Positions 1-11,420 of a stretch of DNA of 64,000 nucleotides are shown here, piece after piece. Numbering within the stretch: the stretch's first letter is position 1; every line of letters begins with the position of its first letter. Under the pieces are notes generated by a model. That model had not been told where the DNA came from. It ran no database searches and saw only the letters and a program-made list of their open reading frames with translations. Source of the stretch: the human T2T-CHM13v2.0 reference genome, Homo sapiens; NCBI RefSeq assembly GCF_009914755.1, contig NC_060929.1; one strand, written 5' to 3'. Both the position numbers and the translations under genes were made by a program.

Positions 1-830
1 GAGCGCCCCACCCGCGCCTGACCTGCCCGAGCCCCTCCCCGGGCCCCGCCCCTTCCCGGTACAGGACCCCCACCTTCGCTCCTGGGAGCCCCGCTGCACC
101 CCAGGAGTTCCATTCCAGCCTCCCCAGTGCGAGTGCGGCCGAGCGCTGACTTTTGGGGGCTCCCTCCCCCGTCTCACTGGGTCCCTCTGCGGCTCCCCCG
201 CCCGCTGTCCCGGTTCAGACGTGGCTGCACCCCGGAGGGGGGCGCCGGCCGAGACCTGAGACGTGGCGCTCCCTCTCTGCCGGCCTCGGCTTCAGGTACG
301 TGCGGTTCCCTCGGCTAAATCTGGCCCGGGGGATGGGGGGCAGGGGCCGTCTGGTCCTCCGGAACTCGAACTTTGTGATTTTGTTCTTTCTGTGTGACAT
401 CCTCATCCGTTCTGAGGGAGAAACTCCTTAAAGAAGACGAGAGAGTCAGTCGTTGCGGGTTCTTGGAGGAGCACTTTGGGGGTGAGACTCCCGGCTAGTT
501 CGGGTCGATTTCAGCGGGATTAAGTCCAGGAAATGAACAAATCTGACGAATCAGGGAGGCCAGAGAAGGCGTCCCCAGGTAGCCACGCTGAGCGTTAAGA
601 GAGAAGTCCCGTATGGTCAAAGTCATTCGTCCAATTCTGTGCCAATTATTCCTTGTTGCACTTTTGCAGGATCCTTGGGCCTTACTAAGTACTCAGGTGA
701 AAAGTTGATAATTGGGAAGCAAGTAAAGTACCTTTGAAGACGTGTATAATTGGACACTTTGTTGCAGTTCTTCAGTTTCTGGAGGAGGCGGTGGGGGGGG
801 AGAGGGAGGGGGTCAGCCTCGCGAAAAGAG
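1..830. promoter_or_regulatory. CpG island / TSS-proximal region (3' side of the presumed bidirectional SEMA5A-SNHG18 promoter)
   Basis: High GC and dense CpG from 1 to ~620, tapering to ~830. GC box CCCCGCCCC at 44-52; G-run clusters at ~326-346 and 781-812. Locus assignment rests on recognising the snoRNA. Confidence 0.9.
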
Positions 831-2164
831 CAAATGGTAAAGTTATAGGAGTATAAGGCATAAAACTTGGGTTGGGAGTCCTGACTGGCCTTGAGTGGCC
901 CTTTCCCACTGGATGGGGGTGCGGGACAGTATCTCTGGGCCCTTTTTACTCAGTCTGCGCCTCAGAGGGAGGCTTGAAGGTCCCCTGCATGAGGAAATGT
1001 GTGAATTGCCCCCTCCTGACCGCAGTGAGGTAGGGACCCCCGCAAGGACCCACGTTCACACCAGCGCCCTTCCAGCCAGTGGTGGGGTATGGATGGGCCT
1101 CGCTGGTCCTGGGCATGGTCCGGTGCGTCCATAAGGGTTCCATTGAGCTCATCCATAAAACAAAGAAGCTATTGCAGGCTGCAGGGTGTCATAGCTCGCA
1201 CAGTAGCCATGCAGACCTAAGAGGACAATGGAAATACAAATTGCTATCGATGTGTCTTTATTTTCTAGAACTTTTTTTTAAAATAAAAGAATTAAGTGAA
1301 AGCAATTCCGAAGGTTTCTATGAAAGCCCAGCCCATCCCCAAATGCCCAGTCTCTGGCACGGGTGATCTGGCTGTCTTGGGTACTCAGGCCTTACTGGGA
1401 TTTCCTTTAAGACCTCTGGGAGGAAGTGTCAGTAGCTGGGCAGGCCTTCTTGGCAAGCATTCCTCCCTGGGTTGTGGCGGGGGCTCCCGGCCTGCTGTGT
1501 GGCAGCTGCAGGCTCCTGGGGACCTGAAGGAAAAGCTTAACCGTTCTCCCTTCCCTTGCTTGGCACTTAGAGCACTAGTTCCATTCCAGACATTCCGATT
1601 ATCTTGCCTACGTGGCACAGAGGCCTAGGAGCCTCCCTGGGAGGAAGAGGCAGGCCAAGGTCTTGCCTGGCTGCTTCTAGGGGGAAAGATGTAGGGAGGA
1701 AGCTGCCTTATGCTTGGATCTGCAGCCTTTGCCTGGACCTGTGGAGCCTACGTGGCCAGGGTGAGGGAGACAGAAATTAGAACCCAATGTATTCAGCTAA
1801 TCCTCTTCTTGCCTCTGAACATTGCCGTTAATACTTGAAAAGAAAAAAAAAAAGCAAAAAAACTCTTGGCATATAGAGCTAAGCAGTGGGAAGAAGATAG
1901 CTTTCTAAACCATGACCCAATAGGTCTGATAACATAACATTTAACTGGATAAATTACATAATTTTGTATATATGTAGGGGGGAGTTGAATTCAGTTTTGC
2001 TGTTTACAGGCTGCACCAATGCATTGTTAAAAGATGTATATTTTAGTGATAATTGTGATTAATTACAAAATAATTGCTAATAAGCAGGTAAATAAACCAA
2101 ATTATAATTTAGAGTGCATCCTTTGTTTAAAGTGAAATGGATCTAAATTGAGGATATAATTTTG

Positions 2165-2330
2165 AGTTTTAATCTGGGGAAAGTTCTTTAACTTTTCTGA
2201 GCTACAGTCTCTTCACCTGGAGCTTAGACACACCAGCCTGGCAGGGGTATGTCAGCTGTCTGCTTGAAAGGAGAAAGACAGTAATCTGTGTGAAATACTC
2301 ACCGAGCACCCAACATATAAGCAGGCTCTT
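2165..2330 (+). mobile_element. MIR SINE fragment
   Basis: Core-like ggggaaagttctttaacttttctgagctacagtctcttcacctg. Confidence 0.6.
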
Positions 2331-2600
2331 CATAAAGTCATTTTGAGGTATCCACAAGTATTTCTTTTTTCTAAACAAAATTTCTTTGTTTTTTGTTTGT
2401 TTTGCTTTGCAAAGGTCTTGCTTGCTAGAAAGCTATCTGCATTAAGCTGCTTCTCATCACATTATAAAACTAAGGATGATCATTTTTAAACAAACAAAAG
2501 TATTTAGTTATCTTTTCAAAGTAAAATATAGCTTTCCCTAAACTGTTTTAGGTGAGCCATGCACACAATGTGAAAGAATGAAGAAACCAACAAAACACTT

Positions 2601-2670
2601 GGTGAAAATGATGAATTCTGGGGCGCTGATTCATGTGACTTGAAAAATGCCATCCATTTCCTGATTCACC
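2601..2670 (+). ncRNA. SNORD123: Box C/D small nucleolar RNA
   Basis: Terminal stem GGTGAA (2601-2606)/TTCACC (2665-2670); box C ATGATGA 2608-2614; D' CTGA 2626-2629; degenerate C' near 2633-2643; box D CTGA 2661-2664. Ends 84 nt upstream of a 3' splice site, typical intronic C/D spacing. Sequence recognised from memory. Confidence 0.95.
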
Positions 2671-4639
2671 TCAATTCTGTTCGGAACTATGAAAGATCAT
2701 TTATGTTTCTGCACTAATTGACCAATTTTGTCTTGTCTTTACTTCCCTCCCTAGTGCTTGAATTTCAGCCACATCCCTAAGCTGCCATCTCAGACCAGAG
2801 GAACAGGGAGGGGGGCTTTCTGGAAAGAACATCACCTGGAAGAAATCAGGACATGACTGTGGGCCATGAGTGACCTTCAAAGGAAAGCCGGGTATCTGTG
2901 GTCTTTAAGATGTGGTAAGATTGTATTAAAATTATAGAAAAAAACCTCAATCCAGAAATCGTGGCCTCTTGACATTTACATCTTAACTGCATTTTCCTAC
3001 CAATGAGATGCATTACAATCATCCTCCATAAGTGTTCTCTTTTTACCCCTGTTTCCATTCTTTTAGATCCATGACATTTAAAAACTGAAGAAATGGAAAG
3101 ATCATCTGATCAGGCCCATCAGTCTTTTTCCTAATGCTAAACATTGGTACAAAGACGTGAAGTTTGATGTCTCACTAAGATTGCCTAGGGCTGCTTTATT
3201 GCTCACCTACTTCAAAGTATTGGGAAAACATGATTATGGGTACAGGTGATGCTGTGTTGCCCCCAGACAGGTTTCTTTTGTCAGGTTCTTTTGATGGATT
3301 AGGAACCTACAAGTGGGGAGATTTTAGGGAAATAGCCCCTCCACTTGGATTTCACCAAAACGTCTTTAGGGTTCTCTTACCCCAAGAAACACGCATTCCT
3401 CTTTAGTGTGGCAGCCCACTCTATTGGCAAAGTTAAGCAGACCAGTTTTACTAAAAAGGAGCCACCCAGAAACTTAGACAGAAAATACTTGAGGCACAGA
3501 TGAGAATGAGCACAAATGTGCATAGCAAGTGCAGTTTCCTGGCCCTTAAACTGAAGGGCCAGGTCAGTCTGCTCCTCCAGGCACAGCCTGGGACCCCATC
3601 ATGTGCCCCACTCTGCAGTCTGAGCTTCCACTCAAGTCCACCAGGGCCTGCCTCACATATATATACAAGACCCAATGTCAGAGTCTGCCTCTGCCCATGT
3701 CTGGTCAGAGGGTTGCACTTTGCCACTGCTACATGTTCCCAGAGGTTGGCACAGCATGACCTGGACCTCACCTAACCCAGGCAAACTCTGCTCATCTTCG
3801 AGCTCTCTGGAACCCATTTCTCAAGGGAGAACCACATTCCCCCACCTCACAGCCAAGTTCAAGGAAGCAGCCTGGCTAAAGCAATGACTCAAGGATACCA
3901 GAAGCAGAGCACGCATTTAAGAAGATGCGCTGACTCGCAGGAGCAGCTGACTCTTCTTAAGAAGAGTTTACTGATTCTTCTTTCAGTACGGGCCTTTTAA
4001 TAAGATATTGTATTTTACTTCAGCTATGGGTGCAGACAATTAAAGGATTCTAGAAATCTGAAAGTGTTTTGCCTTGTCCTCTTGGTTAAATTTCTGGATA
4101 TATTGTCTAGCAACTCAATTTGCTTAAACAAAATTGTTGTGTCAAAAAAGCCCAAGTCATCTTTTATAAGTGTGGTCTGGGGAGAAGAAAAAAATGCTAA
4201 GTTTAAAAGATTTTTGGAATATCTGAAGAAAATACAGATAGCTTGTAATGGAGATGAAGCCTCTGGATGGTTTCCAGGGTGTTATTTTCCGACATTGAGT
4301 CTTGTATATATCTTGAATGTCTATAAGCAAAGAATGGCTATACTGTTTTTAAAAAGATATGTTTTATACTTATTAACCAATGTCCTCTCTATTCCTCTGC
4401 CTTTGAAAATAGAGCTTTGGGGGAAAATAAGTACCTTTGGAAATATGTTTTCAAAAATAATATTCATCCTGCTTAGATTTAGAAGCACAGATTACTCTGC
4501 CTTAGTTTACTTCATTATTTACCAGAGAGATTAACTCAAAATAACCTTGAGTTAATGAAAAGATGATTAAGTGAAATTAAACCCAAAAGTAAAATGTCTC
4601 CTGAGCAAATCCATAGAAAGAAGAGCCATCAAGCATCCA

Positions 4640-4790
4640 GTGGGCCCTCCATCAAGTGTTGTTTCAGGCCCTCCTTTCCAATCCATTCTCATTACCATAA
4701 TTCACAGTGTCAGTGTCTCTCACCCAAACTACCAACACCTCCTCTTACCGTCTTCCTGACTCCAGTTCCAGTGATCATTCCCCAATCAGC
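4640..4790 (+). mobile_element. L2 fragment
   Basis: tctctcacccaaactacc..cctcctcttaccgtcttcctgactccagt resembles the L2 3' region. Confidence 0.5.
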
Positions 4791-4894
4791 AGCATCACAC
4801 CCACCCCTCACACATACATCATCATCATCATCATTACCGTTAATAACACATACCTGATTTTATTTGAATTGGAAACTACTTGGCTTTAAAAAAA

Positions 4895-5610
<716 letters not shown>

Positions 5611-5729
5611 TGGAGGGGATTCAGTTCCTCCAGGTCTGGCAACCCTGCAGCTTGGGTCCAGTTTCATCCCTCAACATTGCGGCCTATGCAGCCAGTGCCC
5701 CCTCTCCCTTTCTCCCACCCAGCTTTCCC

Positions 5730-6060
5730 ATCTGCAACCAAGCTTGTTGCACACCATGTGCCAGACGCATGGCTGCACATTCAAAATAGAATGAAAAGAC
5801 ACACAGGCGATCCCTGCCCTTTCAGAAGTTACAGCTTACCGAGTTACAGCTTACTGAGTTATGGAACCCACAAGTATGTAATTCTAAACCCTGATAAATG
5901 CTATGAAGGACAAATATATGGGTGTCTGGTTTAGTATGGGGAATGGGAGAGGCATCACTGAAAAAGTAGCATTTGAGATGAGATTTGAAGGATGAGTAGA
6001 GACCAGCAAGAAAGTGGGAAAGATAAAGGATAAGAGTAAGACTCCAGAAAAGGGTGGAAA
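5730..6060 (-). mobile_element. L2 3' fragment
   Basis: caccatgtgccagac..tccctgccctt..ataaatgctatgaagga..tttgagatgagatttgaaggatgagtag. Confidence 0.7.
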
Positions 6061-6148
6061 TGGAGATTAACTTTGGAATTTAATTCAAACACACTTGTTA
6101 ACATATCAAGGATTGTAATAGTAATTGCAAATGAATAGCAATAAATAC

Positions 6149-8388
6149 TGTCATAGTCCATTTCAGGCTGCTATAACAAAAAACCTTAAACTCAGTAATA
6201 TATAAACAATAGAAATTTATTTATAACAGTTCTGGAGGCTGGAAAGTTCAAGATCAAGGCACCAGCAGGTTCAATGTCTGGTGAAGGCACAGTCTCTGCT
6301 TCCAAGATGGTGCCTTGTTTCTGCATCCTCTAGAGAAGAGGAACACTGTGTCCACACATGGCTGAAGAGCTGGATGGAGAAAAGGGCCCAGCTAATTCCC
6401 TCCAGCCCTTTTATAAGCCACTAATCCCACTTATGAGGTCAGAGCCCTTATAGCCTAATCACCTCCAAAAGGCCCCACCTCATAATATTGTTGGATTGAG
6501 GATTAACTTTCAACGTGAATTTTGGGGAGAATACAGTCAAACCATAGCATTCTTCCCCTGACCCCTCAAAATTCGTGTCCTCATATACAAAATTCATCCC
6601 AAAATCGATAACTTATTGCCCAAATTCTTAACGTGTTCCAGCATTAACTTTAAAGTCTAAGTCTAAGGTCTCATTTAAATATGATCTATATCAGATACAG
6701 CTGAGACTGAAGGTACAAGTCATCCTAAGGCACACTCCTCCAGCTCTGAGCCTATGAAATCAAACAAGCGATGTGCTTCCAAAATACGATAGTGGTGCAG
6801 GCATAGGATATACATTCCCATTCTGCAAGGGAGAAATGGGCAAGAAGAAAGGGTCACAGGCCCCATGGAATTCCAAAACCCAGCAAGGCAAACTGTTAAA
6901 TCTTGAGGCTTGAGAATGGTCTTGAGTCCATGTTCATCCTTCCGTACACACTGGGGCAAGGGTTGGACATCCAAGGGTCCCACCCGCCCTACCCCCATGG
7001 CTTTGCTGGGCACAGCCCATGCTGTAGCTCTCACAAGTTGGAGTCCAGTGCCTGTGGCTCTCCTAGGCTGGCATTGCACGCTGGTGGCTCTACCAGTTTG
7101 GGATCTCAGAGGCAACCCTGACCCCACAGCTCTGCTGATCATTGTCCTAGTAGGGACCGTCTGCACCTATCTCACCTTTGTGGCAGTTTTCTGTCTGGGC
7201 TCTGGGCTCTCCAAGACATCTTTTGAAATCTACGTGGAGACAGCCATGCCTCCACAGCTCATACACTCTATATACATGCAGAGTTGGCACTTCAAGAATG
7301 TCATCAAGGCTTATTACTTGTACCTTTCAGAAGGGTGGCCCAGGCCACATCTGAGTCCACTTGAGCCCCAGCTGGGGCAGCTAAAAAGCACTGTGTTAGA
7401 ATGCGGGGAGCAAAGATCTGAGGAGGCCCTAGGCAGTGAAACCTGAGGTGCCATGGGTGCCCTGGGCCCCTCCCTTGAAACCTTTCTGACTTGAAGGCCC
7501 TGGTACTCTGGGATCATGATGGGAGCGGCAGCCTCAAAGATTGAAATGCCTTTGGAGTCATTCTTCTATTGTCTGGATAAATAGCATCTGGCTTCCTTAT
7601 AGCCACACTAATCTCATATCAAAAGTTACATTTGCTTAGCCACGCCCTTGGTATTCTCTTCTGAACATGCCCTTTGAATCTTTACAACCTGGCGAGGCTG
7701 AAAATTTTCCAGATCTTTAAGTTCTGCTTCCCTTTTTATTGTAAATTCCATCTTTAATTCATTTCTCTTCTCTTGCATTTTATGATAAGCAGTCAAGAAA
7801 AGCCACATAGTACCTTGAACAATTTGCTTAGATATTTCTTCACCAAATATCCTAGTATATCACTCTTAAATTCCACCCTCCACAGAGCACTAGAATGCGG
7901 ACACAATACAGCCAAGTTATTTGCCACTTTATAACAAAGATAGCCTTTCCTCCAGTTTCCAGAACATTTTCATCTGAGACCTCATCAAAATGACCTTTAT
8001 CATCCATATTTCTAACAACATTTTTATTACAATCTTTTACGTAATCTCCAAGAAGACTGAGGCTCTGTCTGTAACTCTTCATATGAGCCTTTACGTTTTA
8101 CAGTCCATTTATGGCAATCTAGGCTTTCTCTAGCCTACTTTGCCAAACTCTTTCCGCCTCTACCCATTACCCAGTTCCAAAGCTGCTCCCACATTTTCAG
8201 GTATTCGCTACAGCAGCACCCCACTACTCATTACCAATTTCTGTTTTAGTTCATTCCAGGTTGCTATAACAAAAACCTTAAGCTGGTTACTTTATAAACA
8301 ATAGAAATATATTTCTCATGGTTCTTAAGACTGAGAAGTCCAAGATCAAATCACCAGTAGGTTCAGTATCTGGTCACTGCTTCCAAGG
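6149..8388 (-). mobile_element. MaLR provirus (MSTC-like): complete 3' LTR 6149-6549, internal 6550-8241, truncated 5' LTR 8242-8388
   Basis: Two similar LTR copies starting TGTCATAGTCC / TGTTTTAGTTC; first ends accatagca next to a polypurine tract (minus strand). Internal minus-strand ORF relics (WLFLTAYHKMQEKRNELK, RNMDDKGHFDEVSDEN) are typical of MaLR-int. Confidence 0.9.
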
Positions 8389-8389
8389 C

Positions 8390-10360
8390 AAAATTAATCC
8401 TTATTTTATTATCAGCATTCCAGTGAATAGAAAAATCATAGGCCAAATACTAACAAATTCAAGGATGTTTTATCATTAGAAAATATGCTAATATAAATCA
8501 CCTCATCAACAAATTTTAAAAATGATTATTTCAATAGCTGCAGAATATGTTTTGATAAAATTAAACGTGTTTGTCATTCAAAAAAAAAAAACCTCTTAGC
8601 TAACTAGTAATAGAAGGGAATTTACCTAAATTGACAAAAAAAAAATCACCAAAAACTTGTTATTTAGTGGTGAAAAGTCGTAGGCATTCAATTGAAAGAG
8701 AAGATCAAGACAACCTGTACTTTCAATCACTGTTGTTGAAGAGAAATATCTGTAAGGACAAATCAAACCTCCTTATGGATATTTCTCTTCAACATCTAAA
8801 CAGTGATTGAAAAGGGAAAAATTAACTTTTAGTTTCAGATGATATAATTGTATCTAATAAAAACACTTAAGTAAGTCTGCATATCAACAATTAGAATAAA
8901 GAGAAATTTCTATTAAGTTCTGAAAGACTTTTGTGAAAAAAATTATAAAGCTAAATTTAAAGATCCTAAAGAAGACCAAAATAAATGTATGCTATTCCAC
9001 ATTGATGTATTGGAAGATTCAGTATACAATACCTTGAAAATAAAATATTCATTCAGAAATATCCATGATACCCAAATTTATCCTTCAATACGATGTACGT
9101 CTAATCAAAATCTCAACTGGCTTTTTATGAAACCTAAGATCCTAAAGTTTATACGCAAAGCAAACACAAATTTCCATGAGTGATTAAGGAATGTCCGTAG
9201 ATTATGAACAAGGTTGATGAGTATCATGTCAATATTGTTCATAGGGCTATAGAAATTAAGACATTGAGATATTGACCCAGGGACAGACATAGAGAATAAT
9301 AAATGAAGCCTATAAACAGACCCACATAGACTCCCTCTTGAGTGACATGTGACAAAAGATGTATGGTGGCTCACTGGGGAAAGAAGGTACTCAATAGATG
9401 GGCCTAAGACAATTGACTACTTATATGTAAAAACAGTGAATTTGTACCTCCCCCTTAAGCTTTATAAGAACAACTTTGAATTAGTTTACAGCAAAAGTGA
9501 GAAACAAAACATTACTTAGGAAAACATACAAGACACTATCTGTATGACCACAGGATGGGGAAGCAGTTCTTAAAACAATATATAAAGACTAGCCATAAAG
9601 AAAAAAAAATCAATACGGCAAACAACATTAAACTTTAGAACTTCCATATGATGATATACAACTTAAAAACAAGCCATAGCCTAGGGGAATTTTCAGTGCA
9701 TACAAATGACAGAAGATGGTAGGCAAAATATATTTTCAAAGTCCTACCAATCCATTTGAAAAGGACAAGGCAAAAACTGTACAAATGAAACAAGAAGCTC
9801 AACGGCCAATAAGTGTAAGAACGTAACACAAGTTCCCTAATAATCATGGAAAGTCAGTTAAAACCAGGAAGCATCATTTCATACCAGATTAGCAATAATG
9901 AAAAAATCTGACAATACCAGCTGTTATCAAATGCTGGCAAGGGGACCTTTAGAGGTGTAAATTGGTACAATCACTTGGGAAGGCATTTTGGCCACTCTTG
10001 CAATGTCTAAAATGTACATTCCCTGCAGTGCAGTAGACAAGGTTGCAGAAGGGACATGTAGTATACCGCCAGTTTATATAAAGTACGTAAACCAAAAAAT
10101 CAGATCTATATTGTATGGATACATCACAGTAGTAAAATAGCACAGAAATGATAAAAAATAAATTCAGTAATATGTCAAGGGAGGGAAAAGGGGGATTGTG
10201 CAAAGATCATCAAAGGCCACCAACTTTATCTTTGATTCTGTTTTCCACTAAAATGAAAAAAAAATACGCAGCAAATAATGAAAGATGTTAAGATCAGACA
10301 GATATGCTTTGGTGGTTCATTAGATTATTATCCTTTTCTGTATGCTCAGAAGATTTCATA
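8390..10360 (+). mobile_element. Ancient L1M (L1ME-like) ORF2 3' part and 3' UTR
   Basis: A-rich degraded ORF2-like sequence followed by aaaatctgacaataccag..gtgtaaattggtacaatcactt. Confidence 0.8.
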
Positions 10361-10379
10361 ATTCAATAGAGAGGGTTCA

Positions 10380-11420
10380 TAGGAAGTAAGAAAGTGCAGA
10401 CAGGAGGTGGAAACTCATTAGAGCAGTTTTGTCCTGAAGAGAAACAAAGAAACTGGTAGCAGCTGGACCTGTGCACAGAGGGTTATATTCCACAGTGGGT
10501 CATTGGAAGCATGTTTATATGTTGGTTGAGATAACTCCATGGATAGTAAGAAAGTGTCTACATAATAGAGAAATAAGAGAACTCCAGGAACTAAGACTTT
10601 GGAAAGATAAGAGTTCATAGGTGTTCGTTTGGAGACAGTAGAGCCCCCCTTGAATGGTCATTGGAGTAGGAACCAGGGAGACCAGGTAGAGGCAGAAATG
10701 GAATCTTCAGTGGTGCAAATTGTTCCAGGGCAGCATGTTTTAGTAATGAAGTATGAGGCTAGATTTGGGTGGGCAGTAGGGAAAAGACATGAACGTTAGA
10801 AAAGATTAGAGAAACTATAAAATCAACATCTTGGAAATCAGGCAAACAAACTTACTGGGAGTGTGTACTGGAATCTCCATGCTGTGTTGGACGACCAGTC
10901 AAGGCTCATGGTCATCACCCTAAAGTGAACCCCATCAGCATGTTTGTGAGATTTTCTCTAGGAACATTCAGTAGCTCAGGCACAGGTGTGGATAACATGG
11001 ATGATTGATTCCAACCAGGAGGTGGTTTCCCCAGACAAACAGGAGAGAGGAACAGAAAAGTCGAGGATGTCTGTAGGGAGGTGACTTTAAGGATGGTCAC
11101 ACAACGTAAGCTAACAAGGAGGACACAGGGACAAAAAGGATCATGGTTTCAACAGATTGGAGGACTAGATGAGGTCCAGAATCTGAAAGTTTACTTGTGG
11201 TCCAAGATGTGTTCGTGATAATAGGGGCTGCAGTGGAATTACTGTTGTTCAACGAGAGGACGATCACCAGCATCTTAGAGGGGTGATCAGTATAGATGTT
11301 TAAGTCAGCAGAAAGAAACTTCAGTGAACGAAGCAATGTGACACAGGATGTTCAACAGACAATAGCCACAAGCAAAATCATTTTATAGATGTTGAAAATG
11401 TGGTTCAGAGAATGAACCTC
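10380..11420 (-). mobile_element. L2 degraded internal fragments
   Basis: Purine-rich antisense-L2 texture, e.g. ggtcattggagtagga, tagggaggtgactttaaggatgg. Confidence 0.55.

Larger units (their letters stand above)
1..4062 (+). ncRNA. SNHG18: Spliced lncRNA snoRNA host gene; inferred exons <1-295, 2415-2551, 2755-~4062 (TSS probably at or just before base 1)
   Basis: Donor CAG|GTACGT at 295/296; T-rich tract + AAAG acceptor ending 2414; donor TAG|GTGAGC at 2551/2552; branch CACTAAT 2712-2718, pyrimidine tract and TAG acceptor ending 2754; ATTAAA 4039-4044 followed by GT-rich sequence. No credible ORF. Name recalled as the SNORD123 host; exon model inferred from motifs. Confidence 0.8.

Noticed and set aside
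127-431. ORFs in the CpG island
   Set aside because: Stop-poor GC-rich sequence, non-ATG starts, they cross the splice donor and show no recognisable protein.
670-696. Possible 27-nt micro-exon (TTTTGCAG|...CAG|GTGAAA)
   Set aside because: Motifs are plausible but the donor is weak and there is no independent support.
2134-2142. GAAATGGAT in host intron 1, complementary to the snoRNA D guide (also AGCGCCCCA at 2-10 versus the D' region)
   Set aside because: Only 9 nt, compatible with chance; the 12-nt rRNA match explains the guide better.
4064-4534. 156-aa ORF
   Set aside because: GTG start, AT-rich composition, lies past the predicted poly(A) site, no recognisable domain.
6910-7446. 178-aa ORF
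   Set aside because: Antisense to MaLR internal sequence; not a host gene.
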